A DNA stretch of 57,706 nucleotides, taken from the IMG/VR virus record IMGVR_UViG_3300048014_000022. The stretch is one strand, 5' to 3'. Source of the stretch: a virus. The notes beneath the pieces are model-generated. The model saw only the letters and a program-made list of their open reading frames with translations, ran no database searches and was not told the DNA's origin. Below are positions 9,649 to 18,158 of this stretch, piece after piece. Position 1 is the stretch's first letter, and the number at the start of each line of letters is the position of its first letter. Position numbers and translations under genes: made by a program.

Positions 9649-10728
9649 GTGGGCGTTACTGCTATTCGAGCCCCGACCCCAGACATCGCCAACCATCAGG
9701 TTGTCCTCACACAGTTGAAGGAAGCCACGGAGACGGCGCAGCGGATTCGTGGGGCTCCCAATGACAGTTATGTCACCCTCGGCGAGTTGATCAGCGCCGG
9801 CCTCGTCAAGTACATCGGTGGCACGATCTCGCCTGGCAGCAAAGTATCCGGCGGCGGGGGCGGCGGCGGGTCCGTCACAAGCGTCGGGCTTGCGTCGACT
9901 ACGCTGACGCTCGGCGGCACGAACCCCGTGACCACGAGCGGCACGATTAACGTGAACCTGCCGGCTACCGGCGTGGCGGCCGGCAGCTACACGTCGGCGA
10001 ATATCACGGTAGACGCGGAAGGGCGCTTGACGGCCGCCGCGAACGGTTCGGGCGGGGGCGGCTCGTCGGAACCGTTCAACGTCACGGCCGACACGCACGC
10101 TGCCGTGCCTACCGGTGTCGGGCTTGGACCGAATGATGAATTTGAATACGGCACTTCACTAGACACGACGGGCGCGCGATATTCCGGCGCGACGCCGTGG
10201 ACAATCATTAGCGTCAATTGCGCGTCCCCGCAAGCGGCCGGCAGCGTTTCGATTGTTGCGTCTGCGGGTGCCCCCGGATTTTTTGCCATGCAGCCCGTCG
10301 CGTCGGGTTCATCGTGGGCGTACGTCGTCAAGGTATTTCCGGCCGTCACGGGCAATAATTACGGCGTGGTTCTGACGGCATATAATTCGGCCAATAACAA
10401 TGCCCTTTCCGCGTTTGTCTATTCGCCTAACACCCTCTACACGCAGCGTGAAACGATCAACCCGGCTAACGGGCAATACGCCTATAACACCAATTTAGGC
10501 TCGACGGCCGTCTACGCGAACCAATGGATTTACTTACGGTTTCGATACGACGGCACGAACCTATACACGGGTTTCTCCTATACCGGTCTTTGGTACACCG
10601 AATATAACACCGAAAACGTCGCGGGCTATCTTGGCGCCATTACTCACGTTGGCATCGGAGCGCCGGCAAGTACCGGCACGACGGGGGACGCGGGCGGATT
10701 TTGCGATTATTTCAGGCGGGCAGCATGA
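9649..10728 (+). CDS. Second tail fibre / receptor-binding protein
   Basis: It is 359 aa with a GTG start after a GAGGGTAGG RBS. It has poly-Gly linkers and 'TSGTINVNLPATGVAAGSYTSANITVDAEGRLTAAANG' fibre-type repeats. The C-terminal half is beta-rich. Confidence 0.7.
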   Translation: MGVTAIRAPTPDIANHQVVLTQLKEATETAQRIRGAPNDSYVTLGELISAGLVKYIGGTISPGSKVSGGGGGGGSVTSVGLASTTLTLGGTNPVTTSGTINVNLPATGVAAGSYTSANITVDAEGRLTAAANGSGGGGSSEPFNVTADTHAAVPTGVGLGPNDEFEYGTSLDTTGARYSGATPWTIISVNCASPQAAGSVSIVASAGAPGFFAMQPVASGSSWAYVVKVFPAVTGNNYGVVLTAYNSANNNALSAFVYSPNTLYTQRETINPANGQYAYNTNLGSTAVYANQWIYLRFRYDGTNLYTGFSYTGLWYTEYNTENVAGYLGAITHVGIGAPASTGTTGDAGGFCDYFRRAA

Positions 10729-10814
10729 ACACACTTTTACTCGACTCGGCTTATGGGACTTGACAGATATTCAAAGCGTGGAAGCCTACTTACACGCTAA
10801 ATGGGGCGTATGAC

Positions 10815-12713
10815 ATGACCGCAATCAAGATCGACAACTTCGCCGGCATCGCGCCACGCATGTCCGCACGATTGCTGCCGTACAACGGAGCCGCGACGGC
10901 GGCGAACTGCAAGTTGCTATCCGGAGAACTGCGGGGCCTGCGTGAGACGCAACTGCTTCACGACTTCGCGAACGCGGCGATCTCCCGCGCGTGGCGTTTG
11001 CCCGCGACGGTCGGTGCGCCGCTGCCTCTGGGTAGCTCAGACTTCTGGGTGGGCTTCACGGACCCCAACGTGGACTTCGTGCGAACGCCCGTTCTCGAAG
11101 ACTCGTTCGAGCGGTACTACTGGACCAGCGATTCGACGCGGCTCGGCGGAGCGCCGCAGTACAACACACGCGCCAGGATTCAAGCATCCAGCCCGTCGTT
11201 CCTGCTCGGCGTCCCGGCTCCCGTCGGCGCGCTGACGGTGACTCCGCCTACCGGTACGGACTTGTCCAGATCGTATATCTATACATTCGTGAGTGCTTAC
11301 GGCGAAGAATCTGCCCCCAGCCCCGCGACCGTCGCGACAGGCACGGCCGGCACGTGGACCCTGAACGGGTTCGACACGGCGCCGCCCGGCACGCCCGCGA
11401 ACTACAACGTGACCAAGATCAATATCTACCGCACGGTGGCTGACTCAACCAGCACGTCGCCGCAGTATTTCTTCGTGGCGCAGATCTCTCTTGGCACGAC
11501 TTCGTACACAGACAACAACCTGGACGACATCGTCGCGCTGAACTTCGTGTGTGCGTCGCTCACGTGGGACGTACCGCCGGCGACGCTCACGGGTTTGGTA
11601 TCACACCCCGGCGGGTTCTTGATCGGGTTTTCTGGCCGCGACCTCTACATGAGCGACCCGTACCATCCGCACGCATGGCCCGTGGAGAACATCCAGACCT
11701 GCAAGACCGAGATCACAGGCGTCGCGATCTACAACAACATCATCATCGTGACGACCACGTCGAACCCGTACTACGCGGAAGGTATGTCGCCGCAGGCCGT
11801 GACATTGCAGAAGATCGACTCGATTGATCCCTGCGTGTCTCGTCGCAGCATCGCAACCACATTGAGCGGGGTCTACTATGCGAGCCCTCAAGGCATCATT
11901 GTCGCAACTGCTGGGGCGACTCAGCTTGCGACTCAGCCGCTGTTCACACGAGAAGAATGGCAGGATTATTTTTCACCCACGACTGTGCAAGCAGTGCCGT
12001 ACGGCTTGCAGTACATCGCATTCGACACGACCGCGTCGGGGTTTATTTTTAGCCCAGCGGAATCACTCGCGCCTCTCACTACGCTGGATCGTTTCTCTAA
12101 CGTTACTGCGATCCAGATCGACGAGTATTCCGGTGACGTGTATCTCGTGCAATCAGGACAAGTGCGTCTGTGGGATCCGCCGGAGTCCACGCCGTACGAG
12201 TACACCTTCATAAGCAAGGATTTCGATCTCCCGAAGCCCGTGAATTTCGGCGCGATGAAGATCAAGTTCGACGGTGGCGGATATCAAATACCTGCGTCGC
12301 TGTTGGGCGACTACACGTCGTTCAACACGCAGCGCATTGCAAAACCGCTGAACTGCATCAATCTTGCGCCGATCAATGGCGTTCGCAAGCTACCGGCTTT
12401 CCCCGGTGTGAGCGGCGCAATAACGGGCGCCGGGGCCATCCTGCCGCAAATCAAGAGCCCGATTGCGGGATCGCCGTTATTTCCGCTTGGCGGCCTGGAA
12501 AACGTGGTTGGCGCAGTGCAAGTGACGATATATGCTAGGACGCCGACCACCCAAGTTTGGAGTCCGGTGTATGTATGGACAGCGACGGACGAACGGACCT
12601 ACCGACTACCGGCGGGAATCAAAGCAGACGGCTGGCGCGTGCAATTGATCGGGAACGTTCCCGTTTACAGCTTCGCAATGGCCGAGACTGGCAAGGAACT
12701 ACAGACGGTGTAA
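10815..12713 (+). CDS. Large tail-associated structural protein
   Basis: It is 632 aa. The N-terminus 'MTAIKIDNFAGIAPRMSARLLPYNGA' resembles conserved podovirus tail proteins, from memory. It lies between the fibres and the lysis cassette. Confidence 0.5.
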   Translation: MTAIKIDNFAGIAPRMSARLLPYNGAATAANCKLLSGELRGLRETQLLHDFANAAISRAWRLPATVGAPLPLGSSDFWVGFTDPNVDFVRTPVLEDSFERYYWTSDSTRLGGAPQYNTRARIQASSPSFLLGVPAPVGALTVTPPTGTDLSRSYIYTFVSAYGEESAPSPATVATGTAGTWTLNGFDTAPPGTPANYNVTKINIYRTVADSTSTSPQYFFVAQISLGTTSYTDNNLDDIVALNFVCASLTWDVPPATLTGLVSHPGGFLIGFSGRDLYMSDPYHPHAWPVENIQTCKTEITGVAIYNNIIIVTTTSNPYYAEGMSPQAVTLQKIDSIDPCVSRRSIATTLSGVYYASPQGIIVATAGATQLATQPLFTREEWQDYFSPTTVQAVPYGLQYIAFDTTASGFIFSPAESLAPLTTLDRFSNVTAIQIDEYSGDVYLVQSGQVRLWDPPESTPYEYTFISKDFDLPKPVNFGAMKIKFDGGGYQIPASLLGDYTSFNTQRIAKPLNCINLAPINGVRKLPAFPGVSGAITGAGAILPQIKSPIAGSPLFPLGGLENVVGAVQVTIYARTPTTQVWSPVYVWTATDERTYRLPAGIKADGWRVQLIGNVPVYSFAMAETGKELQTV

Positions 12714-12715
12714 CA

Positions 12716-12901
12716 ATGATGAACGACCACCACTCCAACGCCAACGCAGTAGTAGGTACCGCAGTGACCATTGCATCCGGCGCTTATTCTTTCTTTGGCA
12801 CAACCCTCGTGGTAGTCCAATGGTTCGCTGCGGCGACCGCTTGCACCGTGGGTATCTTGACGGCTGTTCATCTGCTCAAGCACTGGGGCAAACCAAAATG
12901 A
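12716..12901 (+). CDS. Putative holin with two TM segments
   Basis: It is 61 aa with two hydrophobic helices and a basic C-terminus ('HLLKHWGKPK'). It sits immediately upstream of the endolysin with an ATGA overlap. Confidence 0.6.
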   Translation: MMNDHHSNANAVVGTAVTIASGAYSFFGTTLVVVQWFAAATACTVGILTAVHLLKHWGKPK

Positions 12902-13410
12902 ATTTCGCCGACGCGTTCAAATACGTGGTCGGTGAAGAAGGGACGCTCTCGACCGACCGGCAAGATCCAGGCAACTGGACCAGCGGTCAAGTGGGCGTCG
13001 GCATCTTCAAAGGAACCAAGTATGGCGTATCAGCGGCTGCTTACCCACTTCTCGACATCGCGGGGCTCTCGCTTGCGGACGCTCAGTCCCTCGCCAAGCG
13101 TGAATACTGGGACAAGCTCGCGGGGGACGTTCTCCCATACGGCACTGCGCTCTGCCTGTTCGACTTTGGGTACAACAGTGGAATCGAAGAATCAATCCGG
13201 GTGGCTCAGCGGGCACTCGGACTTGGCGTCGTTGATGGCATCCAGGGACCGGTGACGCACCACGCGTTGATGACCACTCCTGTCAACATCTTCGTGCCAG
13301 CGTTCACTCGGTACCGGATATATGCTTACGAGCAAATGGCTGGATACGAGCGGTACGGGAACGACTGGGTTGCCCGCGCCTACAAGACAGAACGGGTGGC
13401 GCTGCAATGA
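12898..13410 (+). CDS. Endolysin: glycoside hydrolase family 108 domain plus PG_binding_3-like domain
   Basis: 'MNFADAFKYVVGEEGTLSTDRQDPGNWTSG...YWDKLAGDVLPYGTALCLFDFGYNSG...VVDGIQGPVT' matches the GH108 lysozyme pattern. Confidence 0.85.
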   Translation: MNFADAFKYVVGEEGTLSTDRQDPGNWTSGQVGVGIFKGTKYGVSAAAYPLLDIAGLSLADAQSLAKREYWDKLAGDVLPYGTALCLFDFGYNSGIEESIRVAQRALGLGVVDGIQGPVTHHALMTTPVNIFVPAFTRYRIYAYEQMAGYERYGNDWVARAYKTERVALQ

Positions 13411-13907
13411 TCAAGACACTCCTGGCACCATACGAGGTCTACATTTGGGCCGGGCTTGCGTTTCTGCTTTTGTGCGGCGGCGTATACACTGTGCATCACC
13501 TGGAACAGATCGGCGTCCACAAGGAACAGATGGCCGAGGCGAAGCTCGCGGCGGCCCAAGAGATTCACAAGCAAGAGGTCGAAGACCGTGCGAACCAACT
13601 CAACCAGCTTTCTGGGGCAACTCTACACTCGGCTCTTACCGCTCCTGTCGTTGCTGGCCCTATCGTTGTCCGGGTGTGCCCACCACCAGCCCGACCGGCC
13701 GGACATCCATTGCCCGCAAATGGTGGCGCCAAGTCCGGAGGCACTGGCGGACCGGCCCCCGTACTCGCAGCAGTGGCTGACGGAAGCGGAACTCAAGGGG
13801 TGGATATCGCTCCCGATACCGAAGCCCTCCTCGCCCGCGCAGACGCCGAGATAGCCTACTGGCGGGCTTATTACGCCAACTGCAAGCAGCAGGGTATATG
13901 CAAGTAG
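13407..13907 (+). CDS. i-spanin (Rz-like)
   Basis: It is 166 aa with an N-terminal TM ('IWAGLAFLLLCGGVYTV') and then coiled-coil-like charged sequence. It follows the endolysin and contains an embedded lipoprotein ORF. Confidence 0.7.
   Translation: MIKTLLAPYEVYIWAGLAFLLLCGGVYTVHHLEQIGVHKEQMAEAKLAAAQEIHKQEVEDRANQLNQLSGATLHSALTAPVVAGPIVVRVCPPPARPAGHPLPANGGAKSGGTGGPAPVLAAVADGSGTQGVDIAPDTEALLARADAEIAYWRAYYANCKQQGICK
13612..13854 (+). CDS. o-spanin (Rz1-like lipoprotein) embedded in the +1 frame of the i-spanin gene. The start is uncertain.
   Basis: The lipobox is 'LLALSLSGC', followed by a Pro-rich 59-aa mature part containing a second Cys. There is no ATG, GTG or TTG between ATG 13456 and the signal peptide. 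CTG 13612 is the nearest candidate start. Confidence 0.55.
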   Translation: MGQLYTRLLPLLSLLALSLSGCAHHQPDRPDIHCPQMVAPSPEALADRPPYSQQWLTEAELKGWISLPIPKPSSPAQTPR

Positions 13908-14305
13908 ACCGGTTGATCAACGAAGGCAAGCGCATTCAGACCTGGATGCACGAGCGTTCGGGGCTGCCGATCATGCGGGATTTTCACGGGATCGCCCGCG
14001 AGGTCCGGGGCGAGATCGTGGCCGCTTTCGGGTACGACAGCTTCCAGCCGGGAGGGTGCCAACTGCACCTTTGCGTCGACAAACCCTCGGGGATCAACCG
14101 TGAATTACTCCTGCGGGCTTTCCATACCCCGTTCCAGCAGTGGAATTATCAGTATCTTCTTGCCATAATCCAAGTGCAGAACTTCAAGTCTTTGAACATG
14201 GCGGACCGTCTCGGGTTCAAATTGTTCGGGGAAGTGCCGGGGCATCTACGCTTTGGCGTCATGTACAGGAATGATTGCCGCTGGCTGAAGCTGGGGCAGA
14301 GGTAG
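13898..14305 (+). CDS. GNAT-like acetyltransferase (weak call)
   Basis: It is 135 aa. 'QVQNFKSLNMADRLGFKLFGEVPG' resembles the C-terminal GNAT beta-alpha-beta region. No clear Q/RxxGxG/A motif is present. Confidence 0.4.
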   Translation: MQVDRLINEGKRIQTWMHERSGLPIMRDFHGIAREVRGEIVAAFGYDSFQPGGCQLHLCVDKPSGINRELLLRAFHTPFQQWNYQYLLAIIQVQNFKSLNMADRLGFKLFGEVPGHLRFGVMYRNDCRWLKLGQR

Positions 14306-14307
14306 AC

Positions 14308-15480
14308 ATGTCCGGCGGCGCAAGTATTCCCAATGCACCAGATCTGAGCGCCAACACCGCGAACGCCAACCAGACTGCCGCGACTGCGACTTCTGACGCG
14401 TCCCAGGTGATGAACACCGCCAACGCATACAACAAGAACGCGCAGGCCAACCTGACCAACGTGACCAATACTGCCAACTCCATGGCAGGACAGATCGGCT
14501 CACAGGCCAGTCAGAACATCAGCACGTACGGCAACACGTTCGTACCGCTCCAGGCGCAGCAGGCGCAGCAGGCACAGAACTACGGCTCTCAGGAAAACGT
14601 CCAAAAACTCCAGGGCATGGCCGTCGCCAACTCGAACGCCGCCAACCAAGCAGCCCGCGCAAACTCTGCGCAGGCGCTGGCATCCGAGGGCGTGGACCCG
14701 GCATCCGTGCACGGCGCAGCGCTGGATCGCCAGGCGTCTGTCCAGGCAGCGGGCCAGACGGCGGCGGCCGGCACGCAGTCGGCGCTGAACACCCAGAACA
14801 CCAGTATGCAGTTGGTCAACCAGGCCAACCAGCTTGGTCTCCAGGTCGGCGCGCAGGGCACGCAGGGCGCGGCCACGGCGGCCAATACCGCCGAGTCCGG
14901 CCAAAGCACGCTGAACCAGACCAACTCGTCGGGCATCAGCAATCTGGGCGCGGCGAACCAGTATCTTGGCACCGACATCAGCGCCAATAACAGCGCCGTG
15001 AACGCGCAGCAGGGCCAGTTCCAGGACCAGATGGCGGTCCAGGCCGCGCAGCAGGCGCAGTCGAACTCGACCATGTCGGCCATTGGGTCCATCGCTGGCG
15101 CGGCCACGATGTTCATGGAAAAAGGCGGTGTCGTCGGTGGAGCGCCGCTTGCGAAAGGTGGACGGATCCCGCTGGCCCACTCGGGGCTTCCGGTGGTGCA
15201 CGGCGCGGTGCGGCCCCGCCAGCCCGCAGCGTTCCCGTTCGAGCCCATGTTCGCGGGTGGTCCGGTCACGGCGCGGGGTGCGCTGCCGGTCGGCGCGATC
15301 CCCGGCACCACGGACCGTAAGCCCGCGATCTTAACGCCGGGTGAGTTCGTGATCCCGAAAGACGTGGTCGACCACCTGGGCGCCGAGAAGCTGCACAAGT
15401 TGGTCGACACCACGCGGCAGAACGCCAACAAGCGCCGGGCGATCCCGGTCAACTACGCACCCCATATGAGCATGACATGA
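14308..15480 (+). CDS. Internal virion / ejection protein (Gln/Asn/Ala-rich)
   Basis: It is 390 aa from ATG 14308, which has a GAGG RBS. The low-complexity Q/N/A composition is typical of podovirus ejection proteins. It lies upstream of two larger such proteins. Confidence 0.5.
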   Translation: MSGGASIPNAPDLSANTANANQTAATATSDASQVMNTANAYNKNAQANLTNVTNTANSMAGQIGSQASQNISTYGNTFVPLQAQQAQQAQNYGSQENVQKLQGMAVANSNAANQAARANSAQALASEGVDPASVHGAALDRQASVQAAGQTAAAGTQSALNTQNTSMQLVNQANQLGLQVGAQGTQGAATAANTAESGQSTLNQTNSSGISNLGAANQYLGTDISANNSAVNAQQGQFQDQMAVQAAQQAQSNSTMSAIGSIAGAATMFMEKGGVVGGAPLAKGGRIPLAHSGLPVVHGAVRPRQPAAFPFEPMFAGGPVTARGALPVGAIPGTTDRKPAILTPGEFVIPKDVVDHLGAEKLHKLVDTTRQNANKRRAIPVNYAPHMSMT

Positions 15481-18140
15481 GCGGATCAGGAATTGCGGCA
15501 TTCATCGGTGGTGCGGCCCCGGGCGTAGCGCAGGGCGTAGGCAAGGCCGTGAACTCCTACCAGGACTATCAGGCCGACAAGGCGTCCGACGCCATGAACG
15601 CCAACGACGCGGGCGGCGGCGCAGGCGCGCAGCCCATGGCCGATGCGAACCACCCGGTTTGGGGACTGCTCAGCAGTCTTGCCGGTGGCGGCGCTCCAGC
15701 CCCCGTCGGTGGAACGAACGCAGGCCCGCCGATGCAGGGCATCCCGACGCAGAATCAGATGATGGGCGCCCCCGGTGCGCAGCCCATGCAGTACCAGCGT
15801 GGCGGCCCGGTCGGCTACGAAGACGGCGGCGAGGTGACTGACCACAACGGCAACCCGATCCACAAGTTGACCGGCTGGGATCTTGCCAAGCAGGCCGTGA
15901 GCGAAGTCGGCGAGCATCTGTTTGGGTCCGGTGCTGGTGCCAAGGCTGCTGCCGCATCGCGTTCCAGCACCGACGGCGCGCAATCGCAGGTCGACAAGCA
16001 GGTCAACGGATATCAGAACGGCGGCCTGGTGCGTCAGAACTTTGGCGGCACAGTGATCAAGCCCGCCTTCGAGCGCGGCCCGGCGCTGCCGATTGGCTCA
16101 AACATGTCCATGGGGCAGGGTGTGACGCCCGCCGGCACCGAAGGGCAGATTTTGACGATGGACGCCGGTGGCGTGGTGCCAGATGGTTTCCACGAACAGC
16201 AAGGTATCAGCGGCGTGCCCATGTCCGGCCGGGGCGCGGCTTTTGTAGAGGGCATGCAAGCCGGCCAGAACATCGGCCACAACATCGCACAGGCTTGGCA
16301 CGAACACCAAGCCCGTACGGCCGCCGCAGACTATGTACAGCAAGCGACCTCGGCTGACGTGGACCAAGCGAACGCGCCCGACCAGCCCGCCCCGGGCGGC
16401 ATCCACGGCGCCCTGGACGACGCTAAGAACCACGTGGAAGGGTTCTTCCAGCACCTATGGAACGGCACTCTCAACGATCAGCACAAGCCAAACGCGGACC
16501 AAGCAATCCCAACCCCGGGCGCTCCGCCCCCGGCCGGCGCCGTCCCGACGCCCGCACTGCCCGCAACGCCCTCCTCCGGCGCTGCTCCGACGCCTTCCGG
16601 CGTTGCTCCGCCGCCCACCGCGCCCCCAGGCGGCCAAGCACTTCCGGCCAACGCACCGCCTCCGGGTACCCAGCCTGGTTCGCCGCCCGCCGCTGGCGCA
16701 GCGCCCGTTCCGAAAGGCCCGCAGCCGTTGCCCGGCGTGAGCCCGCAGGTACAGCAGCAGGTCTCGGCCCAGGAAGCCCAGTCAGTCGATCAGAACCCGA
16801 ACGTGAAGGCGGGCATCGCTGACAAGTCGCCCGCTGATTCCGGCAAGCCGCATTCGCTGACGCCCGAGTATTGGTCGAAGCTGAACGACCTCAAAACCAA
16901 AGCCGTGATGGCCGCCGCGCGGGCCGGCGAAGATCCGGCCAAGGTCTACGAGAGTTTGACCGCCATGCAGACGGCGCACTTCCAAGGGCAGGTCTTGAAG
17001 CAGGCTGCCACGGCGGCCCGCGCGTTCGATAACGGCGACATCCCGAACACGATCCAGGCGCTCAAGAACATCAACTACTACCTGCCGAACGGGCAGGACA
17101 TCGACGTGAAGCAAGCCACTGCCAAGGACGTGGCAGCAGCCGGCCCGAACGCGAACTTCGGCGTGGGGGATCTGATCCACTCGAACCCGTACGCGAACAT
17201 GTACGGCCACCAGGGCGAGCCCGCGTTTGTCAAAGTCGATGCGCCCTATATCCAGTCGCTGGGTGCCGGCGCGCTCGACCCGCAGAAGATGGCCGAAGCG
17301 CAGGGCAACACCTACAAGGCTCAGATGGAGGCTCGCAAGGGCATGCTTCAGGCGCAGGGCGAAGCCGATACCGGCTTGGGCCGCAAGTTCGCGGGCCTCG
17401 CGGCGATTCAGAACGCAAACTCAAAGGAAGCCATGCTCGACGTAGACTCGCGACTCAAGCGGGCCGACGCGCATCTCAAGGACTCGGAAGCCAACTGGTA
17501 CGACGAACGTAGCACGGGAGCCCGAGCCAACAGCGATCAGCCGAAGATCCCGCTGGCGCAGATTGCCGTGCGTCAGAAGCAGGTTTACGACATGACCAAC
17601 TCGCTGTCGCAGGGTCAGCCCACGACCGCCCCCGTCATGGTCCCGTCGAAAGACGCCAACGGCAACGTGATCATGGGTCCGGACGGCAAGCCCGTCATGG
17701 AGCCGAACCTTTCACCCGGCGCCGGGCGGCAGCAGCCCGACCCGACGCGCATCCCGGTATGGCTCAAGAACCCGGATGGTTCTGCGTTCAGCCCCGAACA
17801 GCAGCACAACGTCACCGTCGTCGGCGGCCAGATCGCGGCGGCCAATCCGACGCTGCCGGTGTCGCATGCCGTCGAACTCGGCGCCCGCATTACACAGCAG
17901 GAAACGCGCCCGACCAGCCACAAAGATCCGCAGACCGGGAAGACCATGAAGGACTTCGTCTACGACCCTCAGAACGGCACCGCGCGTATCTGGATGGGAA
18001 ATGCCTACGAGAACGTGTATCTTCGTCCGAACGTAGCGGACGAGGGCGCTGTCGGAAACGATCAACCGCCGCCGTCATCCGCTGGCTCCACGCCCGGCGA
18101 AGCAGAGGGCGGATCCGCAGGGCCGGATGCTTTCCAATAG
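15477..18140 (+). CDS. Large internal virion / ejection protein
   Basis: It is 887 aa with an ATGA overlap and a central Pro-rich tract. The call is positional. Confidence 0.5.
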   Translation: MSGSGIAAFIGGAAPGVAQGVGKAVNSYQDYQADKASDAMNANDAGGGAGAQPMADANHPVWGLLSSLAGGGAPAPVGGTNAGPPMQGIPTQNQMMGAPGAQPMQYQRGGPVGYEDGGEVTDHNGNPIHKLTGWDLAKQAVSEVGEHLFGSGAGAKAAAASRSSTDGAQSQVDKQVNGYQNGGLVRQNFGGTVIKPAFERGPALPIGSNMSMGQGVTPAGTEGQILTMDAGGVVPDGFHEQQGISGVPMSGRGAAFVEGMQAGQNIGHNIAQAWHEHQARTAAADYVQQATSADVDQANAPDQPAPGGIHGALDDAKNHVEGFFQHLWNGTLNDQHKPNADQAIPTPGAPPPAGAVPTPALPATPSSGAAPTPSGVAPPPTAPPGGQALPANAPPPGTQPGSPPAAGAAPVPKGPQPLPGVSPQVQQQVSAQEAQSVDQNPNVKAGIADKSPADSGKPHSLTPEYWSKLNDLKTKAVMAAARAGEDPAKVYESLTAMQTAHFQGQVLKQAATAARAFDNGDIPNTIQALKNINYYLPNGQDIDVKQATAKDVAAAGPNANFGVGDLIHSNPYANMYGHQGEPAFVKVDAPYIQSLGAGALDPQKMAEAQGNTYKAQMEARKGMLQAQGEADTGLGRKFAGLAAIQNANSKEAMLDVDSRLKRADAHLKDSEANWYDERSTGARANSDQPKIPLAQIAVRQKQVYDMTNSLSQGQPTTAPVMVPSKDANGNVIMGPDGKPVMEPNLSPGAGRQQPDPTRIPVWLKNPDGSAFSPEQQHNVTVVGGQIAAANPTLPVSHAVELGARITQQETRPTSHKDPQTGKTMKDFVYDPQNGTARIWMGNAYENVYLRPNVADEGAVGNDQPPPSSAGSTPGEAEGGSAGPDAFQ

Positions 18141-18158
18141 CGCCGGCGGGGTGACACG

